This document shows, in pieces, positions 25,976 through 38,935 of a DNA stretch of 64,000 bases. The stretch is from the NCBI RefSeq assembly GCF_006345805.1, contig NC_042997.1, positions 13,330,001 to 13,394,000 of the forward strand, read 5' to 3'. Below the pieces are notes generated by a model. The model ran no database searches and had not been told where the DNA came from. It was given only the letters and a program-made list of their open reading frames with translations. The stretch is from Octopus sinensis. Taxonomy: Eukaryota. The translations under genes were made by a program, and so were the position numbers. The number at the start of each line of letters is the position of its first letter. The stretch's first letter is position 1.

Positions 25976-26752
25976 GCTATTTTATCTGCAATACCACGCA
26001 TTTGCGAATCTTACTACTTTCAGCAGGAATATTAATCTGAAATATAATTTTTCTGTTTGGTTTCGCTACGTATTAACAGTGCTTGGTAGTCTCCATTTTC
26101 TAAACTAAATGTACGTTTTTAGCACCCAGTTCTTTACAATATAATGCTTGTTACACCCGACGGCTGATTTTATATATAATATTCTAACTACTACATCAAA
26201 ACCTTATTATTATACTTTTTGTGCTTCCATATATCTTTGTGAGTTTTGTTTTACTTTCATTTCTGATGCAATTTGTTTTCAGTTTTCCCAAGGAAAATTG
26301 TTATTCCCCATGTGTAAATATATAATGCTTGTACTAAAAAAACTTTTTTAGTTCAATCTATCTAGTGCCTCGATAAACTGTATTGGCTGCCAAGTTGTTC
26401 TTAAGAAATATTAACTTCCCAGTAGCAAACTTCGCGGAAAATTTACTATATAACCGAAAATATGATTGAGAGTTTCCCTTTATATCGTTTCTTTCTCATT
26501 CGGCAAACCGATATTGCTAGTCTTTTTGTCTCTGCTTGAATCAAGTGTATTTCTTATTTCTTTTGAAAGGAGTATTATATCAGATTAACATATCTTATTA
26601 TTCCCAAAACACACATTATGGAAGTTCATGAATTGCCCGCTTTTTAACGAAACATGAGCGACATAAGTAAAAAGAAATTCTTCCTACTGGGAAGTAAATT
26701 TGGTTCTCTGAATATCCTCTTCAATGTTTGACTCCAAGCATACGATGGTGAT

Positions 26753-26807
<55 letters not shown>

Positions 26808-26849
26808 TAATAATAATAATAATGATGACAATAATAAAGTTAAAGTGGA

Positions 26850-27045
26850 AGTTATTGATTAGAATACTCACAGGGTCAATGTACGAACACCTGGAAAAAT
26901 GGAGTTCTGCCACATGAGCAGAAGGGTTGCAAGCGTAAGTGCCGAGGTACCAAGGATCAACTCCTGATAGACAAAACTGTACTTACAGACTGCAAGAGGA
27001 GGAAAAGTAACTTAGCCTTATCATGGATCGACTATCGTAAGCCGA
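26850..27045 (+). mobile_element. R4/Dong-type RT fragment following (TAA)n 26753-26835
   Basis: [45 protein letters not shown]. Confidence 0.8.
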
Positions 27046-27095
27046 TGTGCTAACGATTCTGACACCTCACAGCCTTGATAATGATGATGATGATG

Positions 27096-27151
<56 letters not shown>

Positions 27152-27155
<4 letters not shown>

Positions 27156-28690
27156 TTCCTAACTTCCGGTTGAATGCCTTCCCAGAGAGCCATGAACTGC
27201 TAACAGAACTGTACAATGATGTTTTGCAACACCCTAGTAGGATGCCTCCTTGGCTAGTTAATGGGTTAATATTCCTGCTTCCAAAAAGTGAAGAAACAAA
27301 TGAACCAAAAATCTATAGATCCATAAGCTGCTTAACAGCTATGTATAAAACGCTAACATCTGTCCTGACGGAATATACCTATAGTTTTTTAACAAACAGC
27401 AGCTTATTCCCTAATGAACAGAAAGGATGTAAACGTGGATCCTATGCTTGTAAAGATCAACTACTCATCAATAAGATGATCTTAGAAGATTGTCACAAAC
27501 GACACAAAAACTTATCAATAGCCTGGATAGACTATAAAAAGGCTTTTGATAGCCTACCACATTGCTGGATTAAGAAATGCCTGGAAATGTATAAAATAGC
27601 ACCTACACTGCGAAACTTTTTGTCTGTAAGTATGAGATCATGGAGAACCACACTAACTGTGAACAGTGACAATGAATCTCTAAATGCTGGTGATGTAAAA
27701 GTTTCATGTGGCATTTTCCAGGGTGACTCACTATCACCACTCATCTTTTGTTTAGCCTTAATACCTCTCCCAAAATTGCTCAATGACGCGCAGTACGGAT
27801 ATAAAATGTTTGATAAAAATATAATGGCCTCTGGCTTAAAATCTGAAACAGAAGGGTTTATCATAGCAGCTCAAGATCAATGCCTACCAACAAAGAACTA
27901 CCAGGCCAACATATTAAAAAACGGCAGTAGCCCAACATGTCGTGATGTCAACAACAAAATGAAACCATTGATCATGTTGTCTTCAAGCGTAGTCTTCTAG
28001 CGCCTACAGAGTATCTCAACAGGCATGATAGAACTGCACAATATATTCACTAGGTAATTTGCAAAAACCTGGATTTGCCCCATGAAAAAAACTGGTGGGA
28101 ACACAAACCACCTCCAGTGCTTGGAAAGGACCACATCTCACTCTTCTGGAACTTCACCATTCAAACTGACAGAAAGATAAATGCAAGTAGGCCAGACATC
28201 AGATTGAAAAACTTCAGACAAAGAGCATGCCTCCTCTTTGATATGACTGTCCCAATCGATATAAACGTATCTGTCAAGACCTACGAAAAACTGAGCAAAT
28301 ATAAAGATCTTGAAATAGAAATCAGCAAAATGTGGAACCTGAAGACTAAAACAATACCTGTTGTCATAGGTGCCCTGGGAATGATAGCAAAAGGGGCTGA
28401 TTGCTACCTAACTCAGATACCAGGAAATCCCAAAATGGCAGAAATTCAAAAGATAGTGCTCATGGGAACTGCTCATATCGTACGCAAAATACTTTCTATG
28501 TAATCTCAAGTTTTAAAACAAACATAATTTTCGTATGTTTTTTTTAGACATTCACTAGTACAACACTAAATACAAAACCACATATATGGCACACTAAGCA
28601 TAACAACAACATGAACTTCCAGCCTGTTGTCTCTTGAGGTCTCTGGGTGAGAGTTGGAGCCAACTTGTACAAATATAAAGCAAAAGTCAA
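27152..28690 (+). mobile_element. R4/Dong-type LINE, 5'-truncated and internally deleted (RT N-half + CCHC + REL endonuclease + 3'UTR)
   Basis: EQKGCKRG...KDQLLINK...WIDYKKAFDS...GIFQGDSLSPLIF, EGFIIAAQDQ, RPDI...FDMTVP...EKLSKYKDL...PVVIGALG. Flanked by (TAA)n at 27078-27151 and 28697-28840. Confidence 0.93.
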
Positions 28691-28695
28691 ACATA

Positions 28696-28696
<1 letters not shown>

Positions 28697-28730
<34 letters not shown>

Positions 28731-28759
28731 TAATAATAATAATATAATAATAATAATAA

Positions 28760-28814
<55 letters not shown>

Positions 28815-28840
28815 TTAATAATAATAATGATGATGATGAT
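28697..28840. repeat. (TAA)n/(GAT)n tract at the LINE 3' end
   Basis: Visible. Confidence 0.95.
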
Positions 28841-29309
28841 GATCTATCCATTGGCAAAACGGCCGAAGCCTTTAACAACAACGTAAAACAATATTACGCA
28901 TCACACCAGCATATGATATTTACAACCGGGAATAAAAAAAATCGATTGCAATTTCAATTGGATATTATTCAACCGAATTAATTAGTGCTCTAATTATATG
29001 AGTATTTTATTTCAATTCACTTATGAGTTTTTTTTTTATATTACAACTACGAAATAGTTACTATCTTTAATGTTTCTAGAAAAACAATCATATATAGATT
29101 CATTTTGAGATCAGATTTTAGTTTCACTAAGTTATACTACCGATCCCAAAAGTTTCACGTTTTATATTAGAAAGATTAGCATTCAGTCGATTGACCCTTT
29201 TAAATTTTTTACTTTTAGGAAGTCGAACTTCCGAAGATGAATTGAATTTTTGCTTTTTATCGCTGGTTTTGCGTTCTGGTCATAATATATATTATTATGC
29301 TCTAACTTA

Positions 29310-29450
29310 AAGCGCGTCGAGTAAACCACCATGCAGTATTCCGACGCTTATACTCTGAGCTAGATCACATTATACTGTTGACTTCCATCCTTTCCGAGGC
29401 AGATAAAAAGTACCAGTGGAATACTTGAGATATGTCTATAATCGACTTCC
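29310..29450 (+). mobile_element. Old SINE fragment with family-A-like core
   Basis: GTTGACTTCCATCCTTTCCGAGGCAGATAAAAAGTACCAG. Confidence 0.5.
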
Positions 29451-30739
29451 TTTTCCCTTAAAATTGCTAGGCTTAAGTTAAAATCTGAAGATTTTGTGTG
29501 TTCGACCACGTCACCAAGACCGAAATTATTGAACCTACCTTCAGTAAGTAACGTGGGCAGTCAATAATGCACGAATGTTTTGTTACTTTTCTTGATGTAT
29601 TAATGCTATTGGTTCCTCCAAGAAAACTTAACCTCAAGTCTCTTCCCATCATTCCCCAATTCTACACTGACAATTCTTTAAAATGACAGAATCTCTAAGC
29701 ATTCAACTTCACTCAGCATGAGCGGTAAACAAAGGAAAATATAACTGAAAAAACGTCGCTATCACCAGCAACGACAACTTTCTATTTCTAGCATATAGAG
29801 ACAGAGTAAATATAAACACACACGCATGTACATGCTTGGGAAGAAGTCATAAATAGATAAATAAAGTTGAAAGACAAAATAATATATTTATATATTCGAT
29901 GGGGTTATTCAGAGACAGCTCTTTGTAATTTTATTTAATTTCATTTTACACTCCTCTTACTTTCACATGAGCTTTTTTCCCATTCTATTTGACGTTTAAA
30001 ACTAATTAGTTCGGTGAAGTCGATCGCAATACTGTTTGTTCTTTCTGTTTTTTTTAAATATACACCATTCGTTTAGTTTCTGTGATTTTTCAGTAGATAA
30101 TGCAAATAATCAATGCAGAAGTTGCTGGAAATATATACCGTGGATAGGTAAGTTCATGGAAAAGGCGCCAAAATGGCCTCACTTTTGTTGGAGTCATCAA
30201 AAATAATTGATCTATTTAGACATTGCAGATCAAAACATGAGATAGAAGTATTTGTCTTTTCAAATGCCATCCATCAAGTTAAAATTAAAAATTTAATACT
30301 GACACTTATATAGGACAGCGCTTACATTTAATTACTGTACAAACACACACCAACACCGACATAGATACAACACACATACATAAACCCATGCAAATACATA
30401 CATCATGTGTACACAACAATCAGGCTCTCCCGGATTCTACGTAAAATTACACACAAAAAACATTTCAGAAAATAGCAAAATCTAAAATTCTAAATTGAAA
30501 AGAAACATAGAGACAACACCAGTATATGAGAAGAAAAATTAAATGACTCATTTTCATATGCATCCAAAATTAAATGAAAGTTAATTTACCTAGTTGGAAT
30601 GTACACTAAGTATATGGCGTCAAATGTTTAGAAAAAGTTCTAGTTAATTATTTTACGAAAATAAACCTAATTATCAATTCATATGTATTCATTTATTTTT
30701 AGGTCTGCTTATACGAAGAATGCACATATAGCCATATGT

Positions 30740-30995
30740 ATGAGTGTACGTATTATGCACACGCACACACACACACACACATCCATACACATACACATAT
30801 ATACATATATGTGTATATGTATATATGTATATATATATACACATATATACACATATATACATATATATGCATATACATACTACATATATAAATATATATA
30901 TATACACGCATATATATACACATATATACATATACATACTACATATATAAATATATGTATACATATAATACATTTATATATATTAAAATATTTAC

Positions 30996-31065
<70 letters not shown>

Positions 31066-31102
31066 TTATACACAGACACACACATACACACACATATATA
31101 TA

Positions 31103-31137
<35 letters not shown>

Positions 31138-31140
31138 AGC
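30740..31140. repeat. (CA)n/(TA)n compound microsatellite
   Basis: Visible. Confidence 0.95.
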
Positions 31141-31465
31141 GTAGTATGCATACTTTCGGTTTTCTAGCAAGAACTCACGTAATGAGGTTGAGAAATTTCT
31201 TCAAATATCTGCACATATTAATATGGAGGGGGGGACAGCCTTGTGCGCGCGTAGATGTCTGTACATGTGTGTGGTGCTGAAATATAAAAAAAACACTTAG
31301 TTGATGTAAAAAAAAAAGGACTGCATATTAGGTTTATGTTCTGGAAAAATAGAAAGAAAAGTATTTGTTTCGAGCAGACGCTTTTTTAATGATAAAATGG
31401 ACGAAGAGAGTAAAAAGGTCGCGAGATAAAAGAACAAATGTGCATCAGTTGGACTGACACGATAT

Positions 31466-31831
31466 ACTCTTTTACTCTTTAACTTGTTTCAGTCATGTGA
31501 GAGTAGCCATTTTTGGAGCACCGCCTTTATTCGAGCAAATCGACCCCAGGACTTATTCTTTGTAAGCCTAGTACTTATTCTATCGTCTCTTATGCCGAAC
31601 CGCTAAGTTACGGGGACTTAAACACACCAGCATACACACGCACACACACACATCTATATATATATACACAATGGGCTCCTTTCAGTTTTCGTCAACCAAA
31701 TCCACCCACAAGGCTTTATTCGGCCCGAGGCTATAGTAGAAGACACTTGTCCAAGGTATCACGCAGTGGGTCTAAACTTGGTACCATGTGGTTGGTAAGC
31801 AAGCTTTTTACCACAGAGCCACTCCTACGCC
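31466..31831 (-). mobile_element. SINE family D
   Basis: Reverse complement of the 16385-16795 type. Confidence 0.88.
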
Positions 31832-32039
31832 TATATGTAGATATGACCAGATGCGGAAGAGGCTACTAACAGCTTTAGTGGTAAGAGAGACAGCTATGAA
31901 TTTGGCGTGTGTGTGTGTGCGTGCGTGTGTGTATGATGCTGACGATTCTCCTCTTCTGTTACTGTACAACAGTTTTATATTATACATACAAACATATATA
32001 TATATACATATACTACATACATATATGCGTGTATATACA

Positions 32040-32450
32040 TGTCATTGTTCACTTTTATTTCAAGATTTCTTGCCACTAGAGAAAGAGCCGGTTTCTAACC
32101 TAGATTCTAGGCGCCTTTATCGGAATTTCAACATCAATAACAAGGTATTTTTGTATATATGTATGTATACAAATTTGTATATTTTGTTTTAAGTATGTAT
32201 TCTTATGCATATATATATATATATATACATATCTAGACGTGCTCATGTACATTTCAATGATAAACTTTTGGAAAGTTTTACAGATTTTTACAGTTCTATT
32301 GATGGATTGAATCTGTAGACTTCGAATTAGCTTTCTCCTTTCTGGTTTCGAGAAGCCTAATTTCTCGAGATTGGTATTTAGGCAGCATGTTATATATCCC
32401 AGTGCCCCAATAATTACAGGTATAAACCTGAACTTGTAATCTGCATGCAA
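32040..32450 (-). mobile_element. 3' end of a second REL-type LINE (C-terminus + 3'UTR)
   Basis: DYKFRFIPVIIGALGY...LEKLGFSK...LQIQSINRTVKICKTF; 3'UTR also present at 42185-42310 and 63650-63740. Confidence 0.8.
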
Positions 32451-32991
32451 GTATGTACGTATGTATTTACAGAAATACAGAGACAAAGAGAGAGATATGA
32501 ATACGTATGTGCATGCAAGTACACTTGTGTGCGTGTGGCGTGTGTGTGTGTGTTAGTGTACTTATACATATATGCATTCACCGAGGAATGAAATTAAGGC
32601 TATGATTACATTTGTTACGTTACAATTCCTATGAGTGTTTCCTGAATGAACTTTATTCGCTATCATTAAGTGCCGACGGTATATATACACATGAGCATGC
32701 ACATGTCTGTAAGAGTACATTAGATGTGTGTAAGAGATCATTAAGTGTGTGAAACAACGTAAGGTTTTTTTGGGGATAGCTTTGTGTTAACCCAATTCTA
32801 TAGAGCAGAATTCGGTAAAAGTCAACTTTGTATATGTTGGTCAGATGTATATGTGTGAACCAGCATTGTAATATTTTGTGTCATGCTCACTCAGACTGAG
32901 ATTTAGGTTACGGTTAGATGTGTTTTTCGAATAATCAGCGACTCATTCGCTGAATCAATGAGTTGGTAATTCAGTTCTTTTGTCTTTTATG

Positions 32992-33345
32992 TTTTTACTA
33001 GTTTTTACTAGTTTTATTCGTTAAACTGCGGCCAGGCTGGAGTGCTGCATTCACGAATTTTTAGTCGAATGAATCGAACTCAGTACTTTTTGCTTGTTTT
33101 TCTTTTTAAGCCTGGTACTTATTTTATCGCTCTCTTTTCCGAATTGCTAAGTTAAGGGGACGTAAACACAGAAGCACCGGTTGTCAAGCGGCGGTGAGGA
33201 ACAAACACGGACACAAAGATACACACATACAGAGGACAGGCGTCATTCAGTTTTCATCTACCAAATCCATTCACAAGGCTTTGGTCGACCCGAAGCTATA
33301 GTAGAAGACACTTGCTCAAGATGAAACGCAGAGGGACTTGACAGC
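32992..33345 (-). mobile_element. Older SINE family D copy
   Basis: Diverged homolog lacking the head. Confidence 0.75.
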
Positions 33346-33716
33346 CTACTTATAGAGTTAGAAATTCCAGAGTTTAGTGAAATGTTTTTGTTTATCAGAT
33401 AAATAAATGGAGTTAAAAGCAAGAGTTATTCAAAGAAAACATTGGGTATTATTCCAGAGGGTGTGCAGCGATATTTAAATAGAAGAGGAAGACACTTTCC
33501 ATCATATTGAAAGGTGTAGGTTTTAACTCGAAGAGATGATGGCTATTGAATATAGCCGTTTAATCTGGTGAGGATAAGAAACGTAATTGCTTCAGTAGAT
33601 TCCTATAATTCCCTCTGAAATAATTCCAATGTTTTCTTCGAAACATATGTCGGAAGCATAAAGACTTGAATAACACCTGCGTTTAACTCAATTTCTTTAT
33701 ATATATATATAAATAT

Positions 33717-33764
<48 letters not shown>

Positions 33765-33833
33765 ATATATAAATATATATATATATACATACATACATAC
33801 ATACATACATACATACATAATATATAAAAAATA

Positions 33834-34110
33834 CAAAAATGGGACAAGAACGCAAAACATCCAGACAGTGAGGTGAAACAAGGAAAACAAGGACGAATCA
33901 TTCGGAGTTTTCTATCTTCAGTCGATTTCTAGATTATCTTTCCAATTTCGGCTGGTTATATTCGAAATTGCTCCAATCTGGCCAGCCCCAAACAAAAATA
34001 AGCTAGGAGCATTAGATTCCTTAGAAGAAAGCAGCGAAAGTATACGAAATATGGACGGAAAAAACAGAAATGTTACACAAATATAGATAACAGGATATGA
34101 CATCAGGTGT
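33834..34110. mobile_element. Non-autonomous (TA)n-anchored repeat, family E
   Basis: Shares CAAAA(A)TGGGACAAGAACGCAAAACATCCAGA and GGACGGAAAAAACAG...GTTACACAAAT with 35586-36197. Confidence 0.7.
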
Positions 34111-34306
34111 CTTACACATACTATATTTATATATGCACATACATGTACTTATTCCTACCCACTTAAATGTGGATGTTGTGTGAAAACAAAATACTCCATA
34201 ATTTTACATCTACTTTTAAGTGGGAGATAAATATTACCTTTTCGTATTAATATTCCCCTGCTGCTACTAATTGTATATGTACATATATAATTGAATAAAT
34301 ATAAAT

Positions 34307-34343
<37 letters not shown>

Positions 34344-34365
34344 TATATATATATATATATTATAT

Positions 34366-34399
<34 letters not shown>

Positions 34400-35585
34400 C
34401 ACCATTGCTTCTATCTATAAAATTATATACTAATTATTTCTCCTTCAGAATTTCCATTATTAGAAGAGGTAAGCAATTTTATACTAAGATTGTTTAAAAT
34501 ACACAATTAAAATAGAGCTGGCATGTCGACTATTTAATTAGATATTTAGTTTTATATACAAAAAAAAACGATTAAGAATTAGCAGCTGCGTAACGTTCTT
34601 ATGAACTTCAATATTTTATAGTGAAAGATCCCTTCCTTAACTATCTGAATTAGATATTGCTGTTCAATTAACGACATATGGTCAGGATTTCATGACATAC
34701 AATATATATTTTTAGATCCTCATACTGCAGCTTTTACACAAGGCTATTGTTGATTGAGAGAGTTTCATTTTCAATTCTATGAACCTCCTTAACTTCATTT
34801 ATATCCAGACCCCAATCAGGCAATATGTGCAATCCTAGAGATATTTTATACATTTTAATTGCTTGCGTAGAGTTGAACAGTTTCTAAAATCCTTTCACGG
34901 TGTTAACATCAATCGCTGTAATCGACTGACATACTTTTCTGTGTTAATATACTTAGCAAACTAAAAACTCACTTATATATTTGTTGTTGAATTTAAATCA
35001 TATTTCGGGGAATGAAACCTATTGAAGCATTTACATGTGTTTTGAATAAAGATTTGATCATTACTCGGAAGCTTACACTGAAAGAAAATGTGATTATACC
35101 TCGCCTTCCTCAGTAATAGAATCCGGTATAACGTGAGTACTAAATATTCTACGACGAAAAAGACTAGCTGCGAAAATGCATTCCATTACACTTAGGAGAG
35201 CTGAATAACCACAAAAAATGTAAGTTTGAGGTTTTACTGACATATAAGCTCTAACTACAATGTGTGAGACAATATTTTGTTGCTTTATACTCGGGTACCG
35301 TTTTGATAAAAGTATCAGAAGGCAAAACATTCATAAACTCTCACTCATGGACAAAAAGGCAAAACAAGTGCGAAAAATGTATTGCATTGTTGTTAGCCTA
35401 ATAAAACAACATGCATGATTCTTTATAAAAAGTTTGAAATTAAATAGAAAATTTAGAAAATTTAGGTAGCATCACCACTTCTATTTTACATGATTTTGGT
35501 TGGTATGTTACTGCATAATCAAGCTTTCCTGTAAAGCGTTTTCTTTTACAGATAGAAGTTAAGAATATATATACATATATATATA

Positions 35586-36197
35586 CAAAATTGGACAAGA
35601 ACGCAAAATATCCAGAAGGACGATACAAAGAAAACAAGGACGGAAAAAACAGAGAAAGTTACACAAATACAAATAACAGGACATAACAACAGGTGTCTCT
35701 CGACTAAGGACGAATTAAATTAAGCTGGCGTGTGTGGAAGTAAAGCCTTACGGCAGGGATACATAATTTCACGGGCACTGGGAGGAATAGAGATGTTGCA
35801 CGGACAATGACCGAACCAAGAAATAAAGGTCAGGCTTGGCCGAACACTGGTTATGTGGGAAGAGAGAAGAGAGGGCTAGAGGCAGAGGGACAGAAGAAAT
35901 AAGGAGGAGTGAGGGAAAATGACAGGGACACAGTGAAGTGAAAAGAGGAGGGAAAGTGAGCATGAACAGAAGGCAATGAAATGTGAGAGAGGGGAAACGA
36001 AAGAACGAAGAGTGGAATGAACGACATAAGCGTGTATGGGGTGATAGAAAGTAAGAAAGAATAAAAGAATAAAGAATACATTCATACAAGATATAAATAA
36101 ATATATACTTACATATAAGAAAATAAGAGACCACAGTGTACGTTCGCCGCTATATATATGTAAATGCAAAATGGGGCAAGAACACAAAACATCCAGA
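35586..36197. mobile_element. Non-autonomous repeat family E with ~31-bp terminal direct repeat
   Basis: 35586-35616 is similar to 36167-36197; both ends lie next to TA runs. Confidence 0.7.
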
Positions 36198-37618
36198 CAA
36201 TTTATATACTTATATATATAATATTTATAATATATATCTATATATATATTATATATATGCATATGTATGTATATTGCTTTATATTATGTAACTTATCCGT
36301 AATGTTTCAATTTTATAGCGGCATTTAAATGTCTTATAATAAATACAAATATATAAAATTTCTATGATTCACACCACGAGATGGAATTAGAAGTAGAAAT
36401 ATTAAAATGCGTTACACTTTCATAAACTGAGTTTCCTTTTGGCAATGGTATTAACATAACACATTGTCTTTACATGCATTTTCTCTGTGAAAACGAAAAA
36501 GAAATATATTATCAAGAATCATTTATCATTAAAATTTATCAAATTTTCAGAATCAATAATATTTTAAAAAATTGAGTTCCGAGAGATAAGCGAAAACACT
36601 TGATTATTTGAGATCTTGATAGCGATGTTACACATTATCGCTATAGTATTTTTTTACATCTACAGCCGAAGGGGAAATGCCAAGACAACTGCTTATCAAA
36701 ACCTTATAATTTGCCGCTAGTATTAACCATGTGCCCGAAAGCGTAAAGTTAAACAAGTTTATTCAATTAAATCACTTAATGAAATGTCAAAAAAACACTA
36801 CTTATAACTTCATTAAAAATGATAATCATAAATATCAATGTTTTCTCTTCTCTGAAGCTTTCTTGAAAGTTTTTACCATGCATTTACCGGCCTTTAATAT
36901 AATGATCTTTAAAATATAGTCATGGATTTCAAAAAAATAAAGGTAGACTAAAACTGCATAATAATGTAATTGTGTTATTAAAGCCATTTATGTAGAGAGA
37001 GAGAGAGACACGATTTTAAAACTGTTGTACGTGCGAATCTTGTAGTCTTATTCAAATAAATCGATCTCTATATACAAGCGATTATTGCTAACAGATTTAT
37101 AGCCCTTTAATATGGAGAAGAAAGTATAATTCCTTAAAATCGACTATAATTTCTAATGCTTAGCTTTCTTGGCATATATAGCAAACAATATTAGAAACTA
37201 GACTGTGAATACAGTTCACAAGAGAATTGTATCTATATTTCACAACATATTAAGGTCATCGAGATTGCTAACACAGACTCAAGGAATCGCATCTACGTAG
37301 AAGAATGTATGAAACAGGAGTTTCGTGATAGCAGTACATATAGATAATGGAGTTTAGATTAACCAGTATTAGTACAACCAGTCACTTGGGTATTATTCTT
37401 CATTCTGCAGCAATTATTAACGTGAATAATGCTTTTACATTATTAACCTCTGAATTAAAACGACTTAGTGATTTCGACTTTTTAGAAATAGAATATATAG
37501 GCGGAGGACCTATATATTCTGCTTTTTTATAAGTTGTAAGTTAACTAAGCGGAAAAACAAACCAAAATCGTTAAGTCGTTTTAATTCAACACCGAATTCT
37601 TACGTCTTTTAAAGAAAC

Positions 37619-37668
<50 letters not shown>

Positions 37669-37699
37669 GCCATGAAACGATCGTAGTGTTTTATTCTTT

Positions 37700-37907
37700 A
37701 TCTTTTATTAAACTTTTAATACTTTTGATACATACTTAAAATAGTATAAATTAATTCATTTTATGTATTGGCTTATGTTTTTCATTGTTTGATTTGCCTA
37801 ATAGTGGTTTTATCTCTAATTTAATATAATATAATATAATATATTTTACAATAAAATTGGATTTAATCCTAAATCTGATTTTTCCCTGTAAGTTTGGATT
37901 TATTCCC

Positions 37908-37915
<8 letters not shown>
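37700..37915. repeat. AT-rich interspersed repeat (family F) between (TA)n tracts
   Basis: Near-identical to ~44480-44645 (TTTTATGTATTGG...GGATTTATTCCCTAATATT). Confidence 0.75.
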
Positions 37916-37967
<52 letters not shown>

Positions 37968-38155
37968 GTATCGTGAAAGTCATGGTTGGAGGCCCGAAAT
38001 TCCGAGTTCTTTTACATGGTTTGAAATAGCTGAAAGACTGCAGCAATAAGTGTGTGAAGCTGAGAGGGGGAATAAGTTGAATAAAATCACGTTTCAGGGG
38101 TCATCCAGTATTTTCTTTTACAGAAACCCAGGAACGTTTCAGCACCGCCTCGTGT

Positions 38156-38188
<33 letters not shown>

Positions 38189-38203
38189 TATATAATATAT
38201 ATA

Positions 38204-38234
<31 letters not shown>

Positions 38235-38539
38235 CAACGCGATTCAAATTATTAATGTTGGCAACAGTTATATGCGCGAGGTGTGTAAAGAACGTGAGGT
38301 TCTGTAAAATAACGCACAACTATAGGGCCAATTACCCCATTTACGTAAACTTTCACTGTTTCAAATTATTAGAGAGATGAAGTTAAAACTTATGTAAACA
38401 AGAAAATACCAATTTAATTGTTTGATGTACACACCGAAATGAACACATGCGGAAATAAACATGGAAGAAATAGAAATATACAAATAAACAGCGTTCAAAA
38501 ATGAAAGGTGAGCACTGATTAGAAAAGGAAATATGAGCC

Positions 38540-38935
38540 TTTGTTTGAAATAAGTTGGAAAAGGATCTAATCCATGGAAGGAGGTAATTTCTGGACCTCC
38601 TGTAGGTTCTAAAAGACTCCGCCGGATACGACGACGAGGGTCCCAGCTGATACGATCAACGGAACAGCTTGCTCGTGAAATTAACGTGCAAATGGCTGAG
38701 CATTCCACAGACACGTGTACCCTTAACGTAGTTCTCGGGGATAATCAGCGTGACACAGAGAGTGACAAGGCTGACCCTTTGAAATACAAGTACAACTCAT
38801 TTTTGCCAGCTGAGTGGACTGGAGCAACGTGAAATAAAGTGTCTTGCTCAAGGACACAACGCGTCGCCGGGAATCGAACTCACAACCTTACGATCATGAG
38901 CCGAATGCCCTAACCACTAAGCCACGCGCCCTCAC
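38540..38935 (-). mobile_element. tRNA-derived SINE (head type B, third tail type)
   Basis: Head matches 3049 and 18110; body GTACTTGTATTTCAAAGGGTCAGCC... is distinct. Confidence 0.8.

Noticed and set aside
32085-32135. Hammerhead-like look of the REL LINE tail (CCAATGAAGG...TTAGAAACCGG)
   Set aside because: Two of the three copies lack G5, none has a full core, and stems are inconsistent.
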